Positions 29,646 to 39,127 of a DNA stretch of 64,000 nt are shown here, piece after piece. This DNA is from a virus. Below the pieces are notes generated by a model. It saw only the letters and a program-made list of their open reading frames with translations. It was not told where the DNA came from and did no database searches. The stretch covers positions 27,441 to 91,440 of the IMG/VR virus record IMGVR_UViG_3300028569_000022; one strand, given 5' to 3'. Position 1 is the stretch's first letter, and every line of letters starts with the position of its first letter. The position numbers and the translations under genes are program-made.

Positions 29646-31868
29646 TTAGAACGTTCCGCCATCCAAAATTAACATGAGATTATCAATGTAATTTTTGGTT
29701 GCAACGTGAGAAGCTAATGTAGGTTCAGCTGCTTCGACTGTGCCAGAAAACTTACCGTTACCGATTACGTCTAACGCTTCGGTAGGAGCTTCTGTGTTAA
29801 CACCGACTACGCCAGCGCCGACAAACAATGTTGCTGTTTCATCATTGTTTACTGAAATCTCAACGCCGTTAGCAGCAGTAATAGTTCCAGAAACATCTAA
29901 GTTTCCAGAAATACTTCCACCAGTAAGGTTTAAGAAGTTAGTGTCTACATATGTATTGAGATTACTGATTGTTGCTTCAAGAGCATCAACTTCGTTATTA
30001 ATAGTTGTATTGAGAGTGCTTACTTCGTCAGCTAAGTCAGAAGCAATTGCTGCTTCAGCAGCTGTTGCACGGCTAACTTCTGAATCAAGTTGACCTTGGA
30101 GGTCAGATGAAACTGAAGATATTGTCGTTGAACTGTTATTAGCGAGTGTTGTTATTGCACCGTTAAGATCGCTGTCAGCCTGTTGAAACGCACTAACGAT
30201 TTCAGTTAAGGAATCGAGAGCTGCTCCATCAACGTTGCTTAGAACGTTATCAATTTGTGATTGTATGTTGCTTGCAACACCAGAAATCGTTGAATTGAGT
30301 GTTGAAACTTCGCTGTCGATCTTTGAATCGAGAGTAGAAGAAACGGACACCATTAACGAATTGAGGTCTGAATCAGCAGTAGCACGAGCTGAAGCTTCAT
30401 CAGCAATGTCTGAAACCAGACCAGCTGAGATAGAAGCAACAGTTGATGTTAAATCGCTGATAGCAGTGCCACGATTGGTAACTTCGTCAGCTAGGTCAGA
30501 AGCAATTGCTGCTTCAGCAGCCATTGCGCGGCCTTCTTCAGCAGATACAGCAGCAGTAAGAGTGCTTACTTCAGAAGCAATTGATGCTTCAAGTGTAGCA
30601 ACTTCAGAGTCAATTTTTGAATCAAGAACGCCTTCAGCTGTCGTAGCACGGCTAACTTCGTCTGACAAGTCAGATGCGAGACTAGCTTCAGCAGCGATTG
30701 CACGGCCACTTTCTGCAGATACGGCAGTATTGAGAGTGCTTACTTCAGAAGCAATTGATGCTTCAATTGTTGCAACTTCTGAGTCAATTTTTGAATCAAG
30801 ACTAGCAGAAACTGAAGCTAATGATGTTGAAGCAGAGTTTGCGAGACTAGTAATAGCACCATTGATATCGCTGTCAGCAGATTGAAAAGCTGAAACGATT
30901 TCAGTTAAGGAATCAAGCGCAGCAGCGTCAACATTACTAAGAACATTATCAATTTGTGATTGTATGTTGCTAGAAACAGATGCGACTGTTGTGTTGAGAG
31001 TGCTTACTTCAGAAGCAATTGATGCTTCAAGTGTAGCAACTTCTGAGTCAATCTTAGAATCGAGAGTGCTTACTTCAGAAGCAATTGATGCTTCAAGAGT
31101 GCTTACTTCAGAAGCAATCGATGCTTCAAGTGTTGCAACTTCTGAGTCAATTTTTGAGTCAAGAGTGCTTACTTCAGAAGCAATTGATGCTTCAAGTGTA
31201 GCAACTTCTGAGTCAATCTTAGAATCGAGAGTGCTTACTTCAGAATCAATTTTTGAATCAAGCGTAGAAGAGACAGACTCAACTGTAGTAGTTAAGGCTG
31301 AATCGGCAGCTATACGAGCAGCTTCTTCAGTTGAAAGATCGCTTTTGATCTCAGCTGAAAGGCTAACTAATGCTGCGGACGAATCTGAGGCTAAACCGTC
31401 TAAATCCGACTGCAAAGACGATGAGATTGAATCCATCGTGGAATTAACACTATTAATCGTATTAACGAGATTCGTAGCAAAGTTTTCGTCATTGCCTAAA
31501 GCAGAAGCTAATTCATTAAGAGTATTAAGCGCATCTGGAGCCATATCGATAACTGCAGCAATTTGCGCATCGATTTTAGCATCAAGAGTGCTTGATACAG
31601 ATTGAATAGTTGTGTTTAGCGTAGCAACTTCTTGAGTAACTCTTACATCAATAGATGTTATGTCCGTTTGGAGATCGGCTGAGATCGAGCTGACGCTAGC
31701 GTCAGTTGCAAAATGACCGTCGCCTCCAATAGGTATTACGCCATTTTCTGAACCATAGTATAATACTGAGTCTACTTCGTTGAATGCCAATTCACCACCA
31801 GAGAGTGCTGCAGGAGCACCAGCTTCACCAGTAGTACGGCGTTTAATGAGGATTGTGTTGTATGCCAT
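29646..31868 (-). CDS. Long coiled-coil fibre protein (Mtd_N-like head, 11-residue repeats, C-terminal DGGTF)
   Basis: ILIKRR...GELAFN; SEVSTLDSKID/SEVATLEASIA repeats; three AL(D/N)(S/T)L.E motifs typical of phage fibres. Confidence 0.8.
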   Translation of the reverse strand: MAYNTILIKRRTTGEAGAPAALSGGELAFNEVDSVLYYGSENGVIPIGGDGHFATDASVSSISADLQTDITSIDVRVTQEVATLNTTIQSVSSTLDAKIDAQIAAVIDMAPDALNTLNELASALGNDENFATNLVNTINSVNSTMDSISSSLQSDLDGLASDSSAALVSLSAEIKSDLSTEEAARIAADSALTTTVESVSSTLDSKIDSEVSTLDSKIDSEVATLEASIASEVSTLDSKIDSEVATLEASIASEVSTLEASIASEVSTLDSKIDSEVATLEASIASEVSTLNTTVASVSSNIQSQIDNVLSNVDAAALDSLTEIVSAFQSADSDINGAITSLANSASTSLASVSASLDSKIDSEVATIEASIASEVSTLNTAVSAESGRAIAAEASLASDLSDEVSRATTAEGVLDSKIDSEVATLEASIASEVSTLTAAVSAEEGRAMAAEAAIASDLADEVTNRGTAISDLTSTVASISAGLVSDIADEASARATADSDLNSLMVSVSSTLDSKIDSEVSTLNSTISGVASNIQSQIDNVLSNVDGAALDSLTEIVSAFQQADSDLNGAITTLANNSSTTISSVSSDLQGQLDSEVSRATAAEAAIASDLADEVSTLNTTINNEVDALEATISNLNTYVDTNFLNLTGGSISGNLDVSGTITAANGVEISVNNDETATLFVGAGVVGVNTEAPTEALDVIGNGKFSGTVEAAEPTLASHVATKNYIDNLMLILDGGTF
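30990..31260. repeat. 33-bp-unit coding tandem repeats within the fibre gene
   Basis: Repeated GAGAGTGCTTACTTCAGAAGCAATTGATGCTTCAAG and GCAACTTCTGAGTCAAT units. Confidence 0.8.
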
Positions 31869-31953
31869 AATTTTAATGTATTTTGTAGTTTGATGTTGCA
31901 GTCATTTGCAACAATATTACTTAATCAAAAACAATTTTTTTTTAGGCGTAAAG

Positions 31954-32050
31954 ACCCTGTAAATATCAGGGGTTGCACCGATTTGCTTAAAAAAACCCTG
32001 TAAATATCAGAGTTTGCACCGACTTGCTTAAAAAACCCTGTAAATATCAA
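31954..32050. repeat. About 2.4 tandem copies of a 40-41-bp intergenic repeat with palindromic core
   Basis: ACCCTGTAAATATCA at 31954, 31995 and 32035. The first two continue with TTGCACCGA(T/C)TTGCTTAAAAAA. Confidence 0.85.
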
Positions 32051-32197
32051 GGTAGATTGGTTGTTTTTTATTTAAAACGGATTAAAACTACATACAAAAA
32101 AATAATGAAATGAGATATACTTCGGTATATATTTCATTGAAATAACTTAGCGGTTCAAACACAACAAACGTGTAAAAACAATCAGAATATGAACAGA

Positions 32198-32235
32198 CAG
32201 CAAAGTGCTGTTAACTGAGTAACAGCACTTTGCTG
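32198..32235 (-). terminator. Perfect 16-bp hairpin downstream of the WYL-like gene (terminator or structured RNA)
   Basis: CAGCAAAGTGCTGTTA-ACTGAG-TAACAGCACTTTGCTG. U-tail is weak. Confidence 0.55.
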
Positions 32236-32270
32236 AGATTGGTTGAGGTCTTCTTTTTAACTAGATTAAA

Positions 32271-32564
32271 TTAAAGCTCATACCCTTCAGTAACAGAACA
32301 ATAATCAATTATTGAATTAATTCGAAACGAACGAAATGCCTTATTTTCCAAATCCCAAACAGAAAGTACATCTTCATTTTCTGTTCTGTTTTGCTTTTTT
32401 TCTTTCGGATTATGATTGTTTTCTTGAGATGGAAGAAGATCTGTCTTTAACGAGCAACACAACAGACGTTCTGTTCCGTTTATTTTTTTAAATTTGATAT
32501 TGAGGATTTCTTTTTTGAGGAGCGTTTTCAGTTCTGCTTTTGTAATCATGCTTTGATCATACAT
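32271..32564 (-). CDS. WYL_2/Sm-like SH3-barrel phage protein
   Basis: FKKINGTER...C.L...LP...VWDLENKAFRSFR. Confidence 0.75.
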   Translation of the reverse strand: MYDQSMITKAELKTLLKKEILNIKFKKINGTERLLCCSLKTDLLPSQENNHNPKEKKQNRTENEDVLSVWDLENKAFRSFRINSIIDYCSVTEGYEL

Positions 32565-32614
32565 AGTTTCTGTTGGAGTTCAACGAAAATAATTGAAAAC
32601 AATTAAATAAGAAT

Positions 32615-32815
32615 ATGGCCACTCTTACTCCAATTCTTACAAGCACACCAGGAAATCCTCTAACCTATAATCCAGGAATGGCTGAAACATTCTCCTGGAT
32701 TCCTGTAGAGAACGATGTAGATAGACCGATGTTTGCTAAAGTCGTATATCCAATAGAAATTTCAAAGCAACTTTCTACTATTATCGATCTTCTTTCGGCA
32801 CTTGTGGACAAGTAA
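32615..32815 (+). CDS. Small late protein
   Basis: TAAATA 5 nt upstream; YNPGMAETFSWIPV. Confidence 0.55.
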   Translation: MATLTPILTSTPGNPLTYNPGMAETFSWIPVENDVDRPMFAKVVYPIEISKQLSTIIDLLSALVDK

Positions 32816-32819
32816 TCCT

Positions 32820-33785
32820 TTAATCTTTATTATTTACTTCTGGCGAGAACCAAATACGAGAAGTTGGCTCTGGCGAGATTTGTGAAGATGATTTAATACC
32901 TTCAGGTAAGACTTCTTCGCTTACGTCTCCAGTTGATAGTTGGTTTTCTGTAGGTATTGAATCTACAGTAGGAACAGGAGTCAGAGCAGGCGTAGAGATT
33001 GGTTGTGTTGCGGATTGTTCTGCTTTAATGGGGTTTAATGCTGTTTCTTTACGTTTTAATGCAATATTAAATGCTAATAAAAGTGTAACAGCTAGCGGGT
33101 CAAACACACAAATTAAAATACAAATAAACGCAATTACCACAAAATCGAGAGGCTTGTTAATTGCTTCTGCTACAAAATTAAATGTTCCTATGTCTTTTGT
33201 TTTGTTAATTTCACTAGAAAGTTGTAAAATATTGCTGTCCTTTTCAGATTTTTGTTGTTGTACTTCTTGATTTCTTTGTGTTAATACTTGAATTTCATTG
33301 TCTGCTTTTTTAATTGCGTCATATGCTTGTTCTCTAGGCAATTTGTAATTTCCAGCCTCCTGCACTCTTTTTTCTTGATCTATTCTGATGCGGTTTAATG
33401 TTTCAATTCGCTGTTGATTTTGATTAATTTCTACATCTAATGTACTTTTTTGACTTTCTATTAGTGTAATTTGCGAATTAATTTGACTAAATTTTGAACT
33501 ATTAATTTGATAGGCAGCTGAAAGATACCCAAATATACCTGCAGACGTAACTACCATTAACGTAAAGATAGCTGTTAACAAATAAGCACGAAGAAAAAAG
33601 GAAGTATTTTTCCAATATCTATACAGAAACGAAGTTGCTACGAGTTTTCCTAGTTCTAAAGAAGATGCCATAACAGCAACTTGAAAAAAACTTCCTGAGA
33701 ATAACGAGGCAATACCAATTACGGAAAAGTAAGCTCCGCACAAAGCAACAAAAAAAGCGCTGAATCCAAGTATAATAGTAAACAT
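32820..33785 (-). CDS. Membrane protein with coiled coil, of a type common in large T4-like phages
   Basis: Three N-terminal TM helices (YFSVIG, SLELGKLV, TSAGIFGYLS), coiled coil, TM with VFDPLAV. Confidence 0.75.
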   Translation of the reverse strand: MFTIILGFSAFFVALCGAYFSVIGIASLFSGSFFQVAVMASSLELGKLVATSFLYRYWKNTSFFLRAYLLTAIFTLMVVTSAGIFGYLSAAYQINSSKFSQINSQITLIESQKSTLDVEINQNQQRIETLNRIRIDQEKRVQEAGNYKLPREQAYDAIKKADNEIQVLTQRNQEVQQQKSEKDSNILQLSSEINKTKDIGTFNFVAEAINKPLDFVVIAFICILICVFDPLAVTLLLAFNIALKRKETALNPIKAEQSATQPISTPALTPVPTVDSIPTENQLSTGDVSEEVLPEGIKSSSQISPEPTSRIWFSPEVNNKD

Positions 33786-33886
33786 ACATTTATACTTATC
33801 AAAAAAGCTTAATTTACCCTGTATTAAAGCGGGTTATTAGTTATGCAGTATTATAGAGATAGCCTGTAAATTAGGGGAACCTCTTG

Positions 33887-36280
33887 TTAATTTTCTCTTC
33901 TTTCCTCTGGCTTATAATATACTATTCTGTTGTGTTCAATAGGACTAGCAAGAAGTACTGCTGGTCGCAAATTGCCTTTTCTGGTCTCTTGAAACATATG
34001 ACTCATCCAAGTTTGTTCATAAGGATGTCCCCACTTTGTGTCCAAAAACATCTTTCTGTTTCCTTCTTTACCTACAATCATAGGCCAATTGGCATAATAA
34101 ATTTCCCCATCAATATAAGCTAGCTCATCAACAACATCAATTTTATTGAAAATTGTTCGTGGGCAATTTAAATCGAGTCCTTGTACTGGTAATTTATCGT
34201 AGTGTGGCCACAATTCTGTTCTAACATGCTGAGGAACATTATACCATGAAACTTGCAAATGATTGTCCATATAAACCTCAGTGAAGGTCAGCTTTAAAAA
34301 GTCAAATTCATCCTTAAGCATTATCTTATGGATTTTGTCGAACAAATTAGGTACATATTTCCTAAATCCATTTCTGCAAAACCCTGTGTTTTCAGGGGAA
34401 AACATGCCCATGTCATCCTCAAGAAAAATATAGTAATCACTGTCGGTTTGATCGAAATGTTCTGCTGCTCTGAGTCTGCCTCTATTAATCCCTAAATTCT
34501 CTCCAGTAACAATATGTTCAAAACCATACTCTTTACATATCTGCTCGTTTCCTTTTATTGCCTCTTCGTTATTAGAGTTATCAATTAAAAATTTCTTTGT
34601 TTTATCTAAAAACCCAGGATGCTGTTTATATTTTTCAAGTGTATATCTTACTTGTTGAGGAAAATTAAACGTGAGCATATACAGCGACGTTTTTAATTTA
34701 GATGTGTCTAAGCTCTTACGTATAAGAGCAACTCTGTCGTTCGGTATAGACTCTAATGCAACCGCATTATTAATTAACGCTTGGACAAACTTGACAACTA
34801 AGCCGTTACCATCTAAAGCATATCGTCTATATTTCTCTGGCTCAACATATGACATAAGAGTGAAAACGCTCTCTTCAGTACCCATAAACCCTCCTCTAAG
34901 GGTCTTATCTAGCATTGAGTAATACAACCCATTAGCTTGGTTTATTATTTCTTTTCTTCCGCCAAACAATCCGCCTCGACATACATATTCGACTTTTTTC
35001 CCTGCATAACGATTCATTGCATTAAAATCAAATCCATGAATTTCTGTATTTGCTTCATACGGATAGCTTAAAAACAAAAATGTATCGAGATGTGAAATTA
35101 TGTTATCAAGAGCTCTGTGTTCTGAAAAATATGATTTGCCTACAGTATTCGTTATACCAGCGTCTATCCAAATAAAATATTCAGTATTAAACGGATTCCA
35201 AATCGTGACATCGTTGAGTAAAAACATCTTTGATTGAACAATCGGATTGTACCATTCTAAAGATGCTTGAGGACTATTCGATAGCCATCCTCCTTCTCCT
35301 GTTTGATTGTACCATAACGGATTAGTTCTAATCTCTTGAGTCTTATTCCAAAACGGAGCATACATATTCCGTATATCTTCTAGCTCATAAATTTTAACGG
35401 AAGTATTTTCTCTCGAACGTTTTTCCCAAACTAAGTGTTCATATTCTTTAGGAATATAAATAAACATGTTGGCAGGTGTGTCTAGTAAATTTTTAAAATG
35501 TTCTATGTAATGAGAAAAATCTCTTCCTTGACGATTTATATTCCACAGACCTGTAACGATCGTTAGATTTTTATTTTGTATGTTGTTTATTGAAGTTGGC
35601 TCAGGCAACACACAACTTTCTCTAACTTTATTTAAATCCCAAAACGCGAGAACTTTTCTATTTCCGTTTTCGAACCCATCAACTCTTACATCTTCTTCTA
35701 AATAGGCATCAGGTTCAGGAAAATTGAATGGGGAAGCAATTAAATTGACTGGATAAAACCTGCCGTATTCAACACCTTCATTTTCTCTGTGAACCTCTCC
35801 AGATTTGCAAGACGTCCACGTGTGATCATCTATCTTTTTAGCCCATGTAGTGCTTAGTAGGTATTTACAATTTGAATTTAATATATTGTGAATAACCTGC
35901 TTGCTGTTTTCTAACGGAAGATGACCTAACACATCCCGTACTATTAATAAATCCGCATCAGGTATTTTATCTGTAATTAAATCGAACTCAACAAAATTAG
36001 TGGTTTCGTTTCCGTAATTTTGTGTATTAGCTTCCACTGCCTTTTTAACTATATCTCCGCCAACATAACTTTCAAATGAAGAAACTAGTTCTTTCATCCA
36101 ATTAAAATCTCCACACGGAATATCAACTACAGTTTTAATATTTTTTGCCGTAATAAGATCTTTTATTTTTTTTCTTAAAATTTTAGTTTCATCTAATGTG
36201 CTCCCAGGACCTGATCTACTCTCATTACTCCCGAAACCGTAATTTTCGTAGATGTTTGTAAAAACGTTTTTGTAATCCAT
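33887..36280 (-). CDS. Tri-domain SAM-methyltransferase / HtrL-like / GT-A glycosyltransferase
   Basis: SGPGS...VVDIPCGDFNWM...RDVLGHL (MTase). TIVTGLWNI...WIDAG...GGLFGG...GTEE (HtrL/YibB-like). YIFLEDDM (GT-A). Confidence 0.7.
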   Translation of the reverse strand: MDYKNVFTNIYENYGFGSNESRSGPGSTLDETKILRKKIKDLITAKNIKTVVDIPCGDFNWMKELVSSFESYVGGDIVKKAVEANTQNYGNETTNFVEFDLITDKIPDADLLIVRDVLGHLPLENSKQVIHNILNSNCKYLLSTTWAKKIDDHTWTSCKSGEVHRENEGVEYGRFYPVNLIASPFNFPEPDAYLEEDVRVDGFENGNRKVLAFWDLNKVRESCVLPEPTSINNIQNKNLTIVTGLWNINRQGRDFSHYIEHFKNLLDTPANMFIYIPKEYEHLVWEKRSRENTSVKIYELEDIRNMYAPFWNKTQEIRTNPLWYNQTGEGGWLSNSPQASLEWYNPIVQSKMFLLNDVTIWNPFNTEYFIWIDAGITNTVGKSYFSEHRALDNIISHLDTFLFLSYPYEANTEIHGFDFNAMNRYAGKKVEYVCRGGLFGGRKEIINQANGLYYSMLDKTLRGGFMGTEESVFTLMSYVEPEKYRRYALDGNGLVVKFVQALINNAVALESIPNDRVALIRKSLDTSKLKTSLYMLTFNFPQQVRYTLEKYKQHPGFLDKTKKFLIDNSNNEEAIKGNEQICKEYGFEHIVTGENLGINRGRLRAAEHFDQTDSDYYIFLEDDMGMFSPENTGFCRNGFRKYVPNLFDKIHKIMLKDEFDFLKLTFTEVYMDNHLQVSWYNVPQHVRTELWPHYDKLPVQGLDLNCPRTIFNKIDVVDELAYIDGEIYYANWPMIVGKEGNRKMFLDTKWGHPYEQTWMSHMFQETRKGNLRPAVLLASPIEHNRIVYYKPEERREN

Positions 36281-36286
36281 ATTGTA

Positions 36287-36916
36287 TTATTTTTTAATCT
36301 TGCATACCCATGCTGCCGGTGTAAATTGTTCTTGCATAAATGAATCTAAACAGTATTTGGCAACTGATTCTTGAATGTCTGAGTCTTGTATTTCATGCCA
36401 ATTCCAAAATTTCATGTAAACAGTTTTTTTAAAATATTCAGGAGTGGAAGCATAATCGTGTGCCATAATTATGTCTCCTTGTTTTATATATCTAGACAAT
36501 AAGTTAAATTCACCAATTTTCCAACCGCCGTCACACAACACTAGCGTTATTCCATCTTGCTGAATATATTCAATTGTTTCAGCTTTAACTTGACTATAAT
36601 CTTCATTAAATAAATTTTCTATTTTAACATGTATACCGTTAGTTTCTAACACTTTATACCCTGGTTGATAATGAATATCATTAGTTAATATAGTCGTAAT
36701 CAAATTCAACTCTTCGCATATTATCTTGAGAAATAAAGTAAAACCTCCCATGGACGTGCCTATTTCTAAAATTCTAGACGGCTTAATGGCTTTTATTAGA
36801 TTGTAAAATGATTCATATGTGTACGGGTTTTGCTGAGCTCCATGATTTAAATAGCACGATATGCTATCGTGTGATTCTAAGTTTGATCGCTTTGTTATAT
36901 TTTGTTCATTAAACAT
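36287..36916 (-). CDS. Class I SAM-dependent methyltransferase (Methyltransf_24/CmcI-like)
   Basis: ILEIGTSMGG, LCDGG, IIMAHDY. Confidence 0.75.
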   Translation of the reverse strand: MFNEQNITKRSNLESHDSISCYLNHGAQQNPYTYESFYNLIKAIKPSRILEIGTSMGGFTLFLKIICEELNLITTILTNDIHYQPGYKVLETNGIHVKIENLFNEDYSQVKAETIEYIQQDGITLVLCDGGWKIGEFNLLSRYIKQGDIIMAHDYASTPEYFKKTVYMKFWNWHEIQDSDIQESVAKYCLDSFMQEQFTPAAWVCKIKK

Positions 36917-36922
36917 ATTGTT

Positions 36923-37741
36923 TTATATTCTGTTTGCTTTTAGTTTCAAATAATCATTCAAAAATCGTTTAGTGTATCCGACCGCAAATGTGTTATTTGA
37001 ATTGTTGTCTATAGACATGTGTCCTCCCCAAAATGAAAATACATTAAAAATGTCAGCACTTATTATGTTGTAATGCTTGTTATGTAAATATCTAAATACG
37101 TATTGATCGTCAGTACAACCGTGTGGAAATCCGTTTTTGACGTCCCCAGACATGTAATCAAGGCACTCTTTCAATAAATTAAGAATATAATATTTCTCAC
37201 CTAAAAACACACCTGCATTTAATCCAAAAGGAAGAACGTTGCCGTATTTTTCTTTGTTTTTCTCTAAAAAAGATTGATATTGAGAATTGTAGAAATCACT
37301 TAAATAATTTCGATCCAGCGGTTCATACCCCGTGCCAGCATACTGATTTTCTATGTTAAATAAAATTTTGCAGTCATAAAATTCTAAATATTCAGACGGA
37401 TTAATAATATCTTTCAAAATTAATGTATCTAACCCGTCTAGATATAAAATATACTTCGGTAAATTGTCGTAATTATTTTTTATGTGAAAATATAGAGTTT
37501 CTACTTTGGAAATCCACTTGGTGTAGTGTTCAATTTTTAAAAAATTAACTTGATTGTTATTTTTTATCTTTATTGAATTTAAAGTACTTGCGTTTGCTGA
37601 GTGATTATCCGTTACGGTAAAAATTGCTAAATCTTCAGTCAAGTAAACGGACGTGTTTTGTAGTTCGTTTTTAAAATCAGTTAAAATTGACCCACAAAGA
37701 TATCTGCCATGCAGAACATTGAATTGGAAAAAATCTTTCAA
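36923..37741 (-). CDS. PLOD-like GT-A glycosyltransferase domain protein
   Basis: SKV, YILYLDGLDT, FNIE, LNAGVFLG and DDQY correspond to the PLOD GT motifs D-x-x-D, NSG-x-x-IG and DDQ. Confidence 0.65.
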   Translation of the reverse strand: MKDFFQFNVLHGRYLCGSILTDFKNELQNTSVYLTEDLAIFTVTDNHSANASTLNSIKIKNNNQVNFLKIEHYTKWISKVETLYFHIKNNYDNLPKYILYLDGLDTLILKDIINPSEYLEFYDCKILFNIENQYAGTGYEPLDRNYLSDFYNSQYQSFLEKNKEKYGNVLPFGLNAGVFLGEKYYILNLLKECLDYMSGDVKNGFPHGCTDDQYVFRYLHNKHYNIISADIFNVFSFWGGHMSIDNNSNNTFAVGYTKRFLNDYLKLKANRI

Positions 37742-37768
37742 ATTGTTAATTTAATTAAAACGTTTAAC

Positions 37769-38572
37769 TTAAGCTAACCAAAATCTTTCTACCTGTGGAT
37801 TGTGATTTACTATTAAAATTTTGGGGCTTAAATTTAAATCTGCTGGTTGGTTTATTCCTAATACATTATATACAGCACCTAATAAATATTCATCATTTAT
37901 TGCATACCATCCTCTGAAACAATTCATTTTATTTTGATCGTATAAATCGAATACTACATCGTTCCACATAGTAAACAGCTCCATCATTTTAGTTGAATCA
38001 CAAAAAACATATAAACGAGCTGCCTCATCAAATACTTTAATTTTAGAGCTTGTCGTTAAATTGTATTTTTCGTTCAGTAAATTTACGACTACTTTCATTT
38101 TAACATCCTCGGATTCAACATCCCAACGGGAAACCATATTATATAATATATTTTTATTGTTGAGATGTTCTTGTTTTAATACATCAAAGTTAATATGTGA
38201 GTCAGTTCCGAGCATGGCTATGTTATGCACGTTAAATGCAGCGGCTTGTAAAAGATGGAAACGAGTAGTTGAAAAAGGAAATTTATAATCTGTTTCTACA
38301 AATTTTCTTGCGTAATCATCAACGTCATAACTTTCTAAAAACGATTCATATTGCTCTAATTTTGGATATGTGTCATAAAAATCTTTAAGCTCGTGTACTA
38401 TAAGATTTTTGCGCTGCACATCTGCAAAGTATTTTTTATCATCTGTTAATATAAAATAATATAAATTGGGATGGTCAAAATACAAATTGGTTATTTTTTC
38501 TAAAGCTGTTTTTCTGTATGTCGGTCCGCAACACGTATAGCAAATAGCTAGTTTTTCGTTAAACTGTAACAT
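37769..38572 (-). CDS. Putative GT-A glycosyltransferase
   Basis: N-terminal ICYTCCGPTY, YFILTDD, LGTDSH, NDEY, NHN. Located inside the GT cluster. Confidence 0.5.
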   Translation of the reverse strand: MLQFNEKLAICYTCCGPTYRKTALEKITNLYFDHPNLYYFILTDDKKYFADVQRKNLIVHELKDFYDTYPKLEQYESFLESYDVDDYARKFVETDYKFPFSTTRFHLLQAAAFNVHNIAMLGTDSHINFDVLKQEHLNNKNILYNMVSRWDVESEDVKMKVVVNLLNEKYNLTTSSKIKVFDEAARLYVFCDSTKMMELFTMWNDVVFDLYDQNKMNCFRGWYAINDEYLLGAVYNVLGINQPADLNLSPKILIVNHNPQVERFWLA

Positions 38573-38598
38573 TATTTTAATTATTCGAAGTTTGGATT

Positions 38599-39111
38599 TT
38601 ATTTACAACAAAATAACACACCCATGAAATCTGGAGTTTGTTTGAAATTAGCTTTAACCTTTATCGTGAATCCCCATTCTTTTGTCTTTTTAATAAAGGA
38701 TTGCTTTAAATCTTCTGAATGAAATTCTATAGCTAATTCTGTTATATTGGTTAGATCTTCTGCAGTTAAATCTAAAAGTAACACTTCTCCGCCTTCTATA
38801 TCACACTTTAAAGCTGTTATTGAATGATCTTTTATTAAATTTCTAACTTGATCGGCTGAAGATAATATAACAGAATTAAAAGTAAATTTTGAGTTATTTT
38901 TAGTTTCGTTTATATAAAATGTGATATCGTTGCTGTAAGAATCTATTCCAACAACCTTATTAGCTGTTTTGCCAAAATATATAGGACTGCACTCTTCTAT
39001 GTTTGTTGTGTGCCATCTGCCGCATCCCAGATCTAAAACATTGTGACCACTGACGTTAAAGTGAATCCAATGGTCAGTCGAGTTCTCAGAATTTATAGTG
39101 TAATCAACCAT
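38599..39111 (-). CDS. FkbM-like methyltransferase
   Basis: VLDLGCG, LKCDIEGGE, IEFH. Confidence 0.75.
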   Translation of the reverse strand: MVDYTINSENSTDHWIHFNVSGHNVLDLGCGRWHTTNIEECSPIYFGKTANKVVGIDSYSNDITFYINETKNNSKFTFNSVILSSADQVRNLIKDHSITALKCDIEGGEVLLLDLTAEDLTNITELAIEFHSEDLKQSFIKKTKEWGFTIKVKANFKQTPDFMGVLFCCK

Positions 39112-39127
39112 CTTTATAAACTATTAG

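Noticed and set aside
29740-31605. Three plus-strand ORFs (117, 216, 213 aa)
   Set aside because: Antisense shadows of the repetitive, codon-biased fibre gene.
31954-32050. Mini-CRISPR array
   Set aside because: The intervening sequences are nearly identical to each other rather than unique spacers, there are only three cores, and no cas genes are present.
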